A stretch of DNA of 64,000 bases. It comes from Octopus sinensis (Eukaryota). Of this stretch, positions 27,288-39,245 are shown one piece after another. The DNA lies in NCBI RefSeq assembly GCF_006345805.1, contig NC_043004.1, forward strand, positions 5,332,001 through 5,396,000. Reading direction: 5' to 3'. The notes beneath the pieces are model-generated. The model worked only from the letters and a program-made list of their open reading frames with translations. It had not been told where the DNA came from and did not search any database. Position 1 is the stretch's first letter. The number at the start of each line of letters is the position of its first letter. The position numbers and the translations under genes were made by a program.

Positions 27288-27498
27288 GTAATATGCTTCT
27301 ATTTATCATCATCATCATCATTATTATTACTGTTATCTGGCAGTTTGTCTTTATGTTCTGAGTTCAAATTCCGCCAAGGTCGACTTTGGCTTTTGTCCTT
27401 TCGGGATTAATGAAATAAGTACCAGTTGAACACTGGGGTTGATGTATTGACTAGTCACCCTCTCCCAAATTTCAGGCCTTGTGCCTATAGTAAAAAGG

Positions 27499-27533
<35 letters not shown>

Positions 27534-27540
27534 CATCATC

Positions 27541-27579
<39 letters not shown>

Positions 27580-27974
27580 GTAAAGGTGCTGAGCTGGCAG
27601 AATCATTAGCACGCCAGGCAAAATGCTTAGTGGCATTTTGTCCTTTACGTTCTGAGTTCAAATTCTGCCAAGGTTGACTTTGCCTTTTATCCTTTCAGGG
27701 TCGATAAAATAAGTACCAGTTGAACACTGGAGTTAATGTAATCAACATAACCCCTCCCCTAAAATTGCTGGCCTTGTGCCAAAATTTAAAGTGATTATTA
27801 TTATTCATATACTCACAACAGATTAGACTTTTGGGAAAGAAAATTTCCTAACATCAGACTACAACAAGTAACCTTAGATACCAAGAACCCTCCTAAGTGT
27901 CTTAGCTGTCCCTAATAACACCGTTTTCTGGAGCTGTATTAAACTGGGTTTTATGCCTGTTTCCTCTATAATTA

Positions 27975-28542
27975 TTATTACCTCCACCTTAGCAAAGGCA
28001 TAGGTATTGTTTTCAGTCATGTTTGTTTGTCAGTGGACAAGATATCTCAAGAACCACTGGATGGATTCGGATGAAACTTTCAGGGATTTTTGACCTTGTG
28101 ACTGGTACAAACTAATTAGACTTTGGGATCGATCCGGTACCAGACAAGGATTCTGGATTATTTGTTATATTTACTTTACGTGATTACTATCTTATGTTAA
28201 CTTTCAAGTCTTTTTCAGTTATCTCTCTTTAGGCTGTAACTATTTTGAATGGTGAATTTGTTAACTTTGGCTTGTATTAGATAAGGATAAATTTTCTACG
28301 GCCACCTTAACATGCCATGAATATCATTGGGATCGCTCAGGTACCAGATGAGGATTATAGATTATTTTCCCTGTTTCTTTACTTAATTTTTGAGAGCGGT
28401 CTGGTTCATTTTTAGTATTCTCATTTGTGAGAGTAGTCAAGTTTATTTCAGATATTCTCATTTTGAAAATCAACTCTGCCTAATCATTGAGAGAATGTTG
28501 GTGTTGCCTTGGCAGAAATTTGCACTGTCTGAGTGGTCTTTT
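27975..28542 (+). mobile_element. HINE/DINE-1-like (Helentron-associated) non-autonomous element
   Basis: 5' subterminal stem (cctccacctt...aaaggcatagg), GTTT-type microsatellite, 3' subTIR plus short hairpin; homologous to 49575-49942. Confidence 0.5.
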
Positions 28543-28551
28543 TCTTCTTCT

Positions 28552-28590
<39 letters not shown>

Positions 28591-28631
28591 GTCTGTTTGT
28601 CTGTCTGTCTGTCTTTCTGTCTTTCTTTCTT

Positions 28632-28662
<31 letters not shown>

Positions 28663-28872
28663 TTCTTTCTTTCTTTCTTTCTTTCTTTTTTTCTTTCTTT
28701 CTTTCTTTTTTTCTTTCGTTCGTTCGTTCGTTCGTTCTTCTCTCTCTCTTTCTTTCTTTCTTTCTCTCTCTCTCTCTCTCTCTTCTTCTTTCTTTCTTTC
28801 TTTCTCTCTCTTTCTCTCTTCTTTCCTTCCTTCCTTCCTTCCTTTCTTTCTTTCTTTCTTTTTCTTTCTTAT
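28536..28872 (+). repeat. Compound microsatellite (TTTC)n/(TGTC)n/(TTCG)n/(TC)n/(TTCC)n
   Basis: Directly visible; source of five spurious ORFs. Confidence 0.95.
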
Positions 28873-30084
28873 TCTGATAACTTGTAAATGTCTCACACCA
28901 GAGAGTTTTACTGCTGTTAGGACCTAATCTCTCAGCTTTATCTTTTAGATATGTTTTGTTCATCTAAATTATCAAAGCTTTTATAAAGTATAATTTATTA
29001 TTGTTGTTGTTGTTGTTTTATTTGTAAATACAGGATTTTACTTGATATGTCACATACACATTAGTTTTTATTTTTCAACCAAACTTAACATAATTGCACA
29101 ATATTTAAAAGAATTTATTTAGATAATGATTTTCACCATTCACTGAATTTCCCTCTATCCGTCTCACACTTTTATGAACTTACCAACGCATACCACTTCT
29201 CTTTAGTATACCTTCTTGTAATTTTAGGTATACCCTGACATAGCTTCTCTACCTCCTCCTTTCTTCCAACTAGCATAATCATGTATCTTTACTTAAAGCC
29301 AGACACCTGTCCCCCACCACCACCACCACTGTCATATGAACCTCTTATCACTTGGGTTAAAGCCTGATCCTTCAATAGTACTCCCCTCTTTTTCAGTTGA
29401 GGGGGTCTTGTTTTATGAGTTACTTGATGACCTGTTTGGTGCTGGTGCCATGTAAAAAGCACCCAGTACACACTGTAATGTGGTTGGTGTTGGGAAGGGC
29501 ATCCAGCTACAGAAACCAAAGCAGACGTTGGAGCTTGATGCAGTCCTTTGGCTTGCCAGCTCCTGTTGAACAGTCCAACCCATGCCAGCATGGAAAATGG
29601 ATATTAATTGGAATTGATGATGATGATTGTATACATTTCAATAATGTGTTTATCATCATCTTCTAATGTCTGTTTTCCTTGCTAGCACTGGTTGGATGGT
29701 TTGACAGGAGCTGGCAAGCCAGGAACTGCACCAGACTCCATTCATCTATTTTGGCATAGTTTCTATGTCTGGACGCCCTTCCTAATGCCAACCACTTTAC
29801 AGAGTGTACTGGGTGTTTTTTTTATATGGCACCAGCATGATGAAATCATGGCTATGTTTATTATATAAACACCTAAAAAATCCATTCCTGAAGCATATGT
29901 ACAATGGTTATTTAAATAAATTCTTTTAAACATTATGTCATATTATTCTAAGGATTTTTTAAAACTAATTAGCTTGTAAATAAAAATTTTCTTTTCATAA
30001 TCCATATCATTTCCATATTGAGTTTTTAATTTACAGTTAATTACTTGTGTCTTAAAACAATTTGAAACATTTTTTTCATCAAAA

Positions 30085-30130
<46 letters not shown>

Positions 30131-30195
30131 TATCTGTTTCTGCACACATGTGGAAACACACAGTGTAGGTCTTAACTATATAGCCATACACATTT

Positions 30196-30448
30196 TATTA
30201 CGGAGATGTACTTGCATAGCAAGTGACCTGATCTGAGATCGTATGCTGAAACAAAAACAATTGCAGCATGGAAAGTGTTTATAAGCCATTTAAAAACACA
30301 CAAAACCCATTAGATTCACTTCAACATTTAAATTTAATTTGCCAAAATATTTTCGTCGCTTTGAGACTGCGACCTGGTCACTGACAAAATTCCGTGCTGT
30401 ATCCGTGTGTGTTTTTGTGTGTTTTTAAATGGCTTATGAACACCTTCC
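30196..30448 (-). mobile_element. Penelope-like element pLTR fragment with inverted terminal segment
   Basis: Contains the hammerhead; 36-bp inverted repeat (30270-30305 vs 30413-30448), the usual inverted-pLTR arrangement. Confidence 0.6.
30338..30388 (-). ncRNA. Minimal type I hammerhead ribozyme with G3:C8 core variant
   Basis: - strand: TTTGTCA / GTGACCA / G / GTCGC-AGTCTCAAA-GCGAC / GAAA / ATATTT ^ TGGCAAA. Stems I and II pair; stem III is the palindrome AATATT. Confidence 0.7.
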
Positions 30449-30515
30449 AATTTTTTCATATACATTTTATAAATCTTAAAACTTATGTTGTAAAATAATG
30501 CCCTTTTCATTGTAG

Positions 30516-30590
30516 GTTTTCTCATGGGGTTTCAATGCTTATGGACAATTAGGGCACACTGAATCTCCAAGTGTTCCATCTCCAGTTAAA
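30516..30590 (+). CDS. ALS2: Alsin exon (VFSWGFNAYGQLGH)
   Basis: AG/GT boundaries, RCC1 motif, phase 0 to 0. Confidence 0.92.
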
Positions 30591-32774
30591 GTAAGTTGCT
30601 TTTTTTTGCCTTCCTCTTATTTTTATTTGTTTTTTTGTGTGTGTGATAGCAATATCCTTGACCTTAGCTTCATTACAGCAATAAAAAGATAACTGGCCAG
30701 CTATTTAAATATAGATTGGTTTGAGATGATTGGACTTGACTACTTGAATGCTAAAGTTTTTATATGGCTGACTGGACATTCAGCTTGTTTTAGCAACAAT
30801 ATGTTTTGGTGTTGGAGGCAAACAGAGAGAGAGAGAGAGAGATAAAAAAAACTATACATTTACAGAGAGATTACACGTACAACACATCGCCCATGACTTT
30901 TGGAAACATTTTATTCATCCTCAGAATTCTTGAAGTATGGAATAAACTACCCACATCAGTTGTTAGCTGTTGGGATGCTACATCCTTCAAAACTTCCATG
31001 CTTCTTGAAATTTGCCAACAATACGACGACTCATTCACTATTCTGTTCTTTTCCACTCTAGGCACAAGGCCCAAAATTTTGGGGGAAGGGGCCAGTCGAT
31101 TAGATCAACCCCAGTACGCAACTGGTACTGAATTTCTCGACCCCAAAAGGATGAAAGGCAAAGTCGTCCTTGGCGGAATTTGAAGTCAGAACGTAAAGAC
31201 AGACGAAATACCGCTAAGCATTTCATCCAGCGTGCTAATATTTCTGCCAGCTCGCCATCGTATTCACTCTCTCTCTCTCTCTCAAACACTTCTGTGCAGA
31301 ATCATTAGCAAGAGCTGGCAGAATCGTTAGCAAAGGTGGTGAGCTGGCAGAATCGTTGGCATGTCAGGTGAAATGCTTAGCGGTATTTCATCTGCTGTTA
31401 CATTCTGAGTTCAAATTCTGCTGAGGTTGACTTTGGCTTTCATCCTTTCGGGGTTGATTGAATAAGTACGAGTTACACACTGGAGTTGATGTAATCAACT
31501 TAACCCCTTTGTCTGACCTTATTGACCCCTCTGTGTTTAGCCCATTGTGGACAGTAAAGAAATAAATTATTCTATGCACTGTTCATGCACTTTTGGCTAC
31601 TTTTTCTGATGAACTGTAGAGCACCTGATCACTGTATACAATACATTTATTGTGTATATTATAACTAGATGCTCACACACATAAAGAGAGAGAGAGAGAG
31701 AGAGAAACCGTAAAATATCTGGTGTCAAATAACTCAACATGGAATCGGTGATGTTAAATAAGCAGTTCCAAACGACTGTGCCAAAGCCTCTTGTACCTTT
31801 ATATTGGTGACAGTATTCTCTCTTACTTTCTCCTCCTTACATGCTCTCTCTCTCTCTCTCTCAAACACACCTTCACTCACAATCACACACACACACAGGT
31901 ATTATATGTCTTTTTGCTGTGGGTCTGTCAGCCTCAGTCTCTTTTTCTATTTTATTTTACTTTACTTTTGTCCTGTTCACAGTGATTTTCTTTGTTAAAC
32001 AATCTGTGTGAAAGTGCATGGCTTAGTGGTTAAGGTATTTGGCTCAAGATCATAAGGTCGTGAGTTCAATACCCTTTTGCACGTTGTGTCCTTGGGCAAG
32101 ACATTTTACTTCACACTGCTCCAGTCCACTGAACAAGCAAAAATGAGTAGTATCTGTAATTCAAAGGGTCAGCCTTGTCACATTCTGTGTCACTGAATCT
32201 CCTTGAGAACTACAATAAGGGCACATGTGTCTGTGGAATACTCAGCCATGTGCATGTTAATTTCACGAGCAGGCTGTTTGGTTGTGTTTGGTGGCACATA
32301 AGAAAACCATCCGAACGTGGCCGTAGCCAGTACCGCATCAACTGGCCTCCGTGCTGTGGGCATGTAACAAACACCATCCGATCGTGGCCGTTCGCCAGCC
32401 TCGTCTGGCACCTGTGTCGGTGGCACATAAAAACACCATCCGAGCGTGGCTGTCTGCCAGCCTCGTCTGGCACCTGTGTCGGTGGCACATAAAATCACCC
32501 ACTACACTCTCGGAGTGGTTGGCGTTTAGGAAGGGCATCCAGCTGTAGAAACACTGCCAGATCTGACTGGCCTGGTGCAGCCTTCGGGCTCGCCAGACCC
32601 CAGTTGAACTGTCCAACCCATGCTAGCATGGAAAGCGGACGTTAAACGATGATGATGATGATGATGATGATGATATCAACTGGAATGCTTGTCGTAATCA
32701 ATGGAGCACCAGTTTAAACACTCTGTACTGATCTTGTATTGAATAATAATAAGTTTTACATTTTACTTATTCAG

Positions 32775-32887
32775 TTTGTTGCCAACTGCTTGGTATGGGA
32801 CATTGCTGCTGGAGACAACCATTCTTTATTCCTAACTGATTCCGGAGGTTTTCATCCTGACGTCTACTATTCTGGAAAACAACCCAG
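32775..32887 (+). CDS. ALS2: Alsin exon (VWDIAAGDNHSLFL...YYSGKQP)
   Basis: AG/GT boundaries, RCC1 motif, phase 0 to 2. Confidence 0.92.
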
Positions 32888-33439
32888 GTAAATTTGAATA
32901 GATATTTATTAAATACTAATAAATTATGTTTTATCTGAATCATTATTATTTTCTGCAAGGCAGAGGCCTGGCTGTGTGGTTAAGAAGCTTGCTCGCTAAT
33001 CACATGGACTCAGGTTCAGTTGCATTGCATTGTACCTTGCGCAAGTGTCTGCTACTACATAATCTTGGGCCAACCAATACTTTGTAAGTGAATTTGGTAG
33101 ATGGAAACCGTGTGGAAGCCTCTGTGTGTGTGCACAGTAGTCGTCCCCACCAGTTGACAACAGCTGTTCATTTGTTTATATTCCTGTAACTTAGCAGTTT
33201 AGCAAACAAGATTGATAAAATACATACCAAACTTTAAAAACTAAATACTGTGGGTAGTTTGACTAAAAACCCTTCAAGGTGGTGCTCCAGCATGGCCACT
33301 ATTGAATAACTGAAACAAATAAAAGATAAATATGAAAGGTTGTTTCTACCATTTCCAGCTTCTGTAATGTTGTACTAAAAGAGACTAGTAAAAAAAAAAA
33401 TTCAAAAATACTAAATAACTTCATATATTCTTTCTTGAA

Positions 33440-34236
33440 AGAAATGAAGCTGATATGCTTTGCTGGATGTGCAATGTCAGTGTGCATGTTCGACAGAGTG
33501 CAAGCGTCTTGAGAGAAAAGTTAGGCATAAGAAGCATCAGATGTGGTGTGCAAGAGAAACGACTGTGCTGGTATGGTCATGTGATGCACATGGACGAGGA
33601 CAGCTGTGTAAAGAAGTGCTGATCTCTAACTGTGGAGGGAACCTGTGGTAGAGGTAGACCCAGAAAGACATGGAACAAGGTGGTGAAGCTTGATCTTTGA
33701 ACTTTGAGCCTCACAGAGGCAATGACTAGTGAGCAAGACCTTTGGCAATGTGCTCTACTTGTGAGGACCCATCAAGCCAAGTGCACCCGTGGTGGTGGCA
33801 TGTTAGCAACACCTTTTGAGTAGTGGGCATCAGGGAAGCAAAGTGACTGAGTTCCTTTCGATTGTTGAGCCTCACAGAGACAAAGAGGCTGAGTTCCCTT
33901 TGAGTGTTGGGCTTCACAAATGCAATGACCGAGACATTATGTCATGCTTGAGAAGACCCATCAAGCTGAGCAAAATCACAGTCGTGAAAGATATCAGTGT
34001 TGCACAAATTAACACATAAAAGCACCCTGGTATCACACAGATAGCACCTGTGCCAGTGGCATGTAAAAGCACCCATTACTCTTTTGGAGTGATTGGCATT
34101 AGGAAGGGCATCCAGCCATAGAAAACCATGCCAAATCAGACAGGAATCTGGTGCAGTCTTCCAGCATGCCAGCCCGGTCAAACCGTCCAACCCATGCCAG
34201 CATGGACAACGGATATTAAATGATGATGATGATGAT
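33440..34236 (+). mobile_element. 5'-truncated RTE-clade LINE
   Basis: Degenerate RT C-terminus (RGRPRKTW) plus the same 3' tail. Confidence 0.8.
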
Positions 34237-34374
34237 AGTGATATTTACTTATAAAAGGAACAAGTGTTTTGAAAGCCAAAAGGGCAGAATTCATAATGAT
34301 ATTTCTTTGATTTTTTAAAAATAAATGTTTGAAGAAATCAGGGTCTCATTAATATAACATTGTCGTCTTTTCAG

Positions 34375-34438
34375 TGAGAATCAATTCAGTTCTGTGACAA
34401 AGACCGGCAAGCCAATGGTTCTAAACACTCTGAGAAAG
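34375..34438 (+). CDS. ALS2: Alsin exon (ENQFSSVTKTGKPMVLNTLRK)
   Basis: AG/GT boundaries; phase 2 to 0 bridges the flanking exons. Confidence 0.8.
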
Positions 34439-34626
34439 GTAAGAAACAGAATTCTATAAGTGTCAAGAATCTATAAAGCTGTTATCACTCACCTGATATA
34501 ATTTCACCATCTCTGAGCTAAACAACTATTTTATGTTGCATTAAGAATATTATTTTAATGCATTTAAATTATGTAAATTTCACATTTAAACTTGTTTATT
34601 TATTTATGTATTCTTTTTTACCTTAG

Positions 34627-34798
34627 ACTGGTTGGATCCGCTCTTTACAAGCTGGTGGAATTTCTTGTGGTTGTTTAGTTGGTAAGAGCTCATCAGGCCA
34701 AACTGCTACAGCTTTTGAACTTGCTCTTTCTGAAAGAAACTTCTATTCTAAACTAAACAAAATTGCAACAAAATTTCTTTCTCCCTTGAAAACATCAA
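34627..34798 (+). CDS. ALS2: Alsin exon (start of DH domain; FELALSERNFYSKL)
   Basis: AG/GT boundaries; resembles vertebrate alsin LHELATTERRFYSKL (recalled). Confidence 0.9.
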
Positions 34799-34963
34799 GT
34801 AAGTACCACAATTTAAATGTTTTCTCTCATACCATATATCTGATTTGTTTCTGAAACGAATCGTTATTTCATTGTATATCTAAATGCCAGAAATAGCTTG
34901 CTTTTCCCTTCAACCATTCTGTTTTTATTCTTATTCTCTGTCTGTATTTTATTTATTTTTCAG

Positions 34964-35046
34964 TGTTCTTGTGTGCCATGGAATCCAGTTACTATAAATC
35001 TGTTTTTACCGCCCACATCGATGCTTTCCTTGACCTCACCAACAAA
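34964..35046 (+). CDS. ALS2: Alsin exon (DH domain)
   Basis: AG/GT boundaries, phase 1 to 0. Confidence 0.82.
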
Positions 35047-36668
35047 GTGAGTTGATTGAGTGTGAATATATTTCTTTACCATTTATTCTAAAAGAATCAG
35101 TCGATCAGAAAGTACACAAATGACAAAAAATTTCACCTAAAGAATATCGAACAGTTTTTGCTCCACAAGGGTTAGAAAGTGACACCTTTTGGATTCGTTA
35201 ACTTACATAAAATGTATTTTACACTGTCCACAAAAAAAAAGTATAGAGCAATGACAAAGTTAAGAAAGCTGAAGTACATTCTGAATTATCTCGTTTACTG
35301 ACTGAAACGAATAACATTTTTTTCTCAATAAAATAATTTTTCTGGTTAGTTGTTTTGATATTCATCATCGTCATCATGATTTAACATCGACATTCTATAC
35401 TGGAATGGACAGCTCAACAGAATATGACAAACCTGTGGGCTGCATTGGTCTCCACTGTTTACCATAATACATGTACACTAGGTTTACAATATATATGGTG
35501 CATAGAATGCATCATATGTATTGTAAACTACACTCATTACTGTTTGTTCACCATTTTAACCAAGGGGAGTACCTCATCTAACGACTTCCAAAACCTTGGT
35601 TGTCACACACGTGTTTTTATACACCAAACACCTATATAAGAGAATCTCTCAAGCCTATCATCATCATTGTTGTCGTTTAACGTCTGCTTTCCATGCTGGC
35701 ATGGGTTGGATGCTTTAACTGAGGACTGGTGAGCCAGAAGGCTGCACCAGGTTCCTATCTGATCTGGCAAAGTTTTTACAGCTGGATGCCTTTCCTAATG
35801 CCAACCACTCCAAGAGTGTAGTGGGTGCTTTTACATGCCACCAGTACAAGGGCCAGTCAGGCGGTTCTTGCAACGACCATGCTCAAAAGGTGTTTTTTAT
35901 ATGCTACCTGCATGGGAGCCAGTGCAGTTAGCAACGACCACACTTGAATGTTGTCTTTCACGTGCCGGGAAGACAACGCTGGCAATGATCACGCTTGAAT
36001 GGTGCTTTTTACATGCCCCCGTCATAGAAGCCAATCTGTGGCCCTGGCAATGATCACGCTCAGATGTGCTTTTAACATTCCACTGGCACAAGTGCCAATC
36101 AGGTGGTACTGTCATCAGCGATTTCGATTTTGATTTCACTTGCCTCAGTAAGTCTTCACAAGCAAAGTTTATTGTCCAATGAATGCGGGCTATTCTTAAG
36201 TGGGCTGGTTACACCCACTGGCATAGGCCACGGGCTATGGTCTCACTTGGCTTGTTGGGTCTTCTCAAGCATAGCATATCTCCAAAGGTCTCAGTCAACA
36301 CAGTATTCAGTGTTCTGACAGGGCATCCATGTTAAGTTGGATATAAAAGATTACCTTTTGGCTTTAATACTTCTTCTGTTGCTAATTGTTAATCATAAAA
36401 TCATATGTACACTGCCATTTACACTTTGTGCAGTCAATAAGTAAACAAAGTCAGAGAGGCCCTTTGAAAGGTCATGGGCACTGCATTCCTTTCTGACTAA
36501 AAGATAAAACAAAAATGTAACAATTTTTTCAAGTGTTAATGTATAACTGAAAACAATAATTTGTTGAATTATTGTCATTAGTTGTTAGTTGTGTGATGTT
36601 TCATAAATATAAAGTTGCTATTTTATTTTAATTTAATTTAAATTGTTAATTAATCTTTACATTCTTAG

Positions 36669-36841
36669 ATTGGGGAAAACTGTGTGCAGTTGACCCGGCT
36701 GATTCGAGGTAATGAAGACATTACTCATAGTCGTATGTTCCAAAAATCTAAAGAACTTATTGAGTACTTCAAGAACTACTCTCTTCGATTTGGTGACATG
36801 TTGGCGATTAATGGCTTTGAACATTGCACCAAAATTGGCAA
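36669..36841 (+). CDS. ALS2: Alsin exon (DH domain)
   Basis: AG/GT boundaries, open frame, phase 0 to 2. Confidence 0.85.
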
Positions 36842-37090
36842 GTAAGTCTATAGCTCTATTAATATCAAGTTTTACTTGTTGAATATTGTTTCAATATTCT
36901 TTTATTTATTTCAGTCGGTTGACTGCGGCCATGCTGGCCCACCGCCTTTGGTCGAACAAATCAAACCCAGGATTTATACTTTGTAAGCTTAGTACTTTTT
37001 CCTGGATCGCTAAGTTACAGAGATGTAAACACACCAACATCGGTTGTCAAGTGATGGTGGGGCTACAAACACAGACACACAAACACTCAT

Positions 37091-37128
<38 letters not shown>

Positions 37129-37835
37129 GCACGACGGGCTTCTTTCAGTTTCCGTCTACCAAATCCATTCACAAGGCTTTGGTTGGCCTGAGGCTATAGT
37201 AGAAGACATTTGCTCCAGGTACCATGTAGTGGGACTGAACCTGAAACTATGTGTTGGTAAACAATCTTCTTACCACACAGCCACTCGTCACGTACATGTT
37301 TTAGATTGTGGTTACATTTTAACGAAGTGATTTGACATTTTTTTATAATTTTGTAGTAATTATTTAGTTGATTATTTACTCACTATAAGTGCAGGCATGG
37401 TTGTGTGATAAGAAGCTTGCTTGGCAACCACATGGTTCAAGGTCAGTATCTTTGACAATAGCCTCACACCAACCAATGCTTTGTGAATGAATTTGGTGGA
37501 CAGAAACTGTGTGGAAGTCTGTTGTTTGTGTGAGTGTATATGTATATGTGTGTGTGTGGGGGGGTGTTTGTTCCCCGCCACCACCACCATCACTTTACAA
37601 CTGGTGTTGATTTGTTTATATGCCCATAACTTAACAGTTTGGCAAAAGAGATCAATAAAATAAAGACCAGTCCTTTTAAGAAAAAAGTACTGGGGTCAAT
37701 TTGTTTGGTCAAAACTCTTCAAGGTGGTGCTCAGCATGGCTACAGTCCAATGGCTGAAACAAATTAAAGATAAAAAATAAAGACTTTTCTTTTTCATTGA
37801 ATTATCATATTGTCTTTCCTTTTTTTTTCCTTCAG

Positions 37836-38001
37836 TTCTTACTTTGAGAAAATTCAAAACGTTTTTACTGAGATCCTTGATGAGTCAACTTCAGAGAAAA
37901 TGAATTATGCTTCCATCCTTCAACGCATACTGCAATATCCTTTACATAGGCCTAATGAATATGGCCATATGATCAATAAATTATCCATGGGATACCCATC
38001 A
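37836..38001 (+). CDS. ALS2: Alsin exon (DH domain; LQYPLHRPNEYG)
   Basis: AG/GT boundaries, phase 2 to 0. Confidence 0.87.
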
Positions 38002-38081
38002 GTGAGTTTCATTATATATTATCTTCTATTAAATATTCTTGGTAAATGTGACAGGAAGGGAAATGTTTGTGGGTTGCTACA

Positions 38082-38335
38082 CTTTATCATTATCATCATC
38101 ATCATCAACATCATAAGTGAGGTGTGGTTGTGTGGTAAGAGGCTTACTTCTCAACCTCATGGTTCTGGGTTCAGTCTCAATGCATGGCGCTTTGGGTATG
38201 TGTCCTACTATAGCACTGGGCTGACCAAAGCGCCATGCATTGAGACTGAACCCAGAACCATGAGGTTGAGAAGTAAACCTCTTACCACACAACCACACCT
38301 CACTTATGATGTTGATGATGATGATAATGATAAAG
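38082..38335. repeat. Near-perfect inverted repeat, arms of about 111 bp, 29-nt spacer
   Basis: 38082-38195 is the reverse complement of 38225-38335 with one substitution and one ATC unit indel. Confidence 0.95.
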
Positions 38336-38337
38336 AT

Positions 38338-38429
38338 AATATGTTGAATGCCCTTCTTGTGTTTGTCTACTCACCCATATATATATATATGGGTGAGTAG
38401 ACAAACACAAGAAGGGCACTCAACATATT
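38338..38429. repeat. 92-bp palindrome centred on (AT)7
   Basis: 46-bp arms, one mismatch, no spacer. Confidence 0.95.
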
Positions 38430-38840
38430 TATTGGGAGTTACATGTATGGATCAAAATGGTTTGATTCAGACTCCTTAGAAATTTGACCTAGGACTGGTG
38501 AGCCAGAGGCTGCGCCAGGCTCAATCTGATCTGGCAAAGTTTCTACAGCCTGATGCCCTTCCTAACGCCAATCACTCCGACAGTGTAGTCGGTGTTTTTT
38601 ATGTGCCACTAGGACAAGGGCCAGTCAGATGGTTCTGGCAGCGACCTAGCTCAAAAGGTGTTTTTATGTGCTACTTGCATGGGTGCCAGTCCAGCGGCAC
38701 TGTCAATGACCACAAATGTTGTTTTTCACATGCCACTGGCACATGTGCTGGTAAGGTAAAGCTGGCAATGATCACACTCAAATGGTGCTTTTCATGTGTC
38801 ACTGGCATGGGAGCCAATCTGTGGCCCTGGCAACGATCAC

Positions 38841-39245
38841 ACTCAGATATGCTTTTAACGTTCCACTGGCATGAGTACCAATCAGGTGGTACTGTCATCG
38901 GCCACATCAGCAATTTTGATTTGTTTACACTTGCCTCAATAGATCTTCATAAACAAATTTCATTGCCCAATGAATGAGGGGGACTCATAAGTGGGCTGGT
39001 TATACCCCACATTCGGATGTACTTTTAATGTTCCATTGGCATGAGTGCCAATCAGGTGGTACTGTCATCGGCCACGTCAGCAATTTTGATTTGTTTACAC
39101 TTGCCTCAATAGATCTTCACAAGCAAAGTTCATTGCCCAATGAATGAGGGGTACTCATAAGTGGGCTGGTTACACCCCACGTTCAGATGTACTTTTAATG
39201 TTCCACTGGCATGAGTGCCAATCAGGCAGTACTGTCATCGGCCAT
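38841..39245. repeat. 170-bp tandem repeat, about 2.4 copies, inside an RTE 3' UTR
   Basis: Unit restarts at 38841, 39011 and 39181. Confidence 0.85.

Noticed and set aside
28390-28963. Five ORFs of 114-165 aa
   Set aside because: Translations of a stop-free microsatellite.
32280-32500. Regularly spaced repeats as a CRISPR-like array
   Set aside because: Eukaryotic context; the units are tandem duplicates without unique spacers.
37810-38400. 196-aa ORF as a single coding unit
   Set aside because: Only 37836-38001 is the ALS2 exon; the rest is intron read-through across the palindromes.
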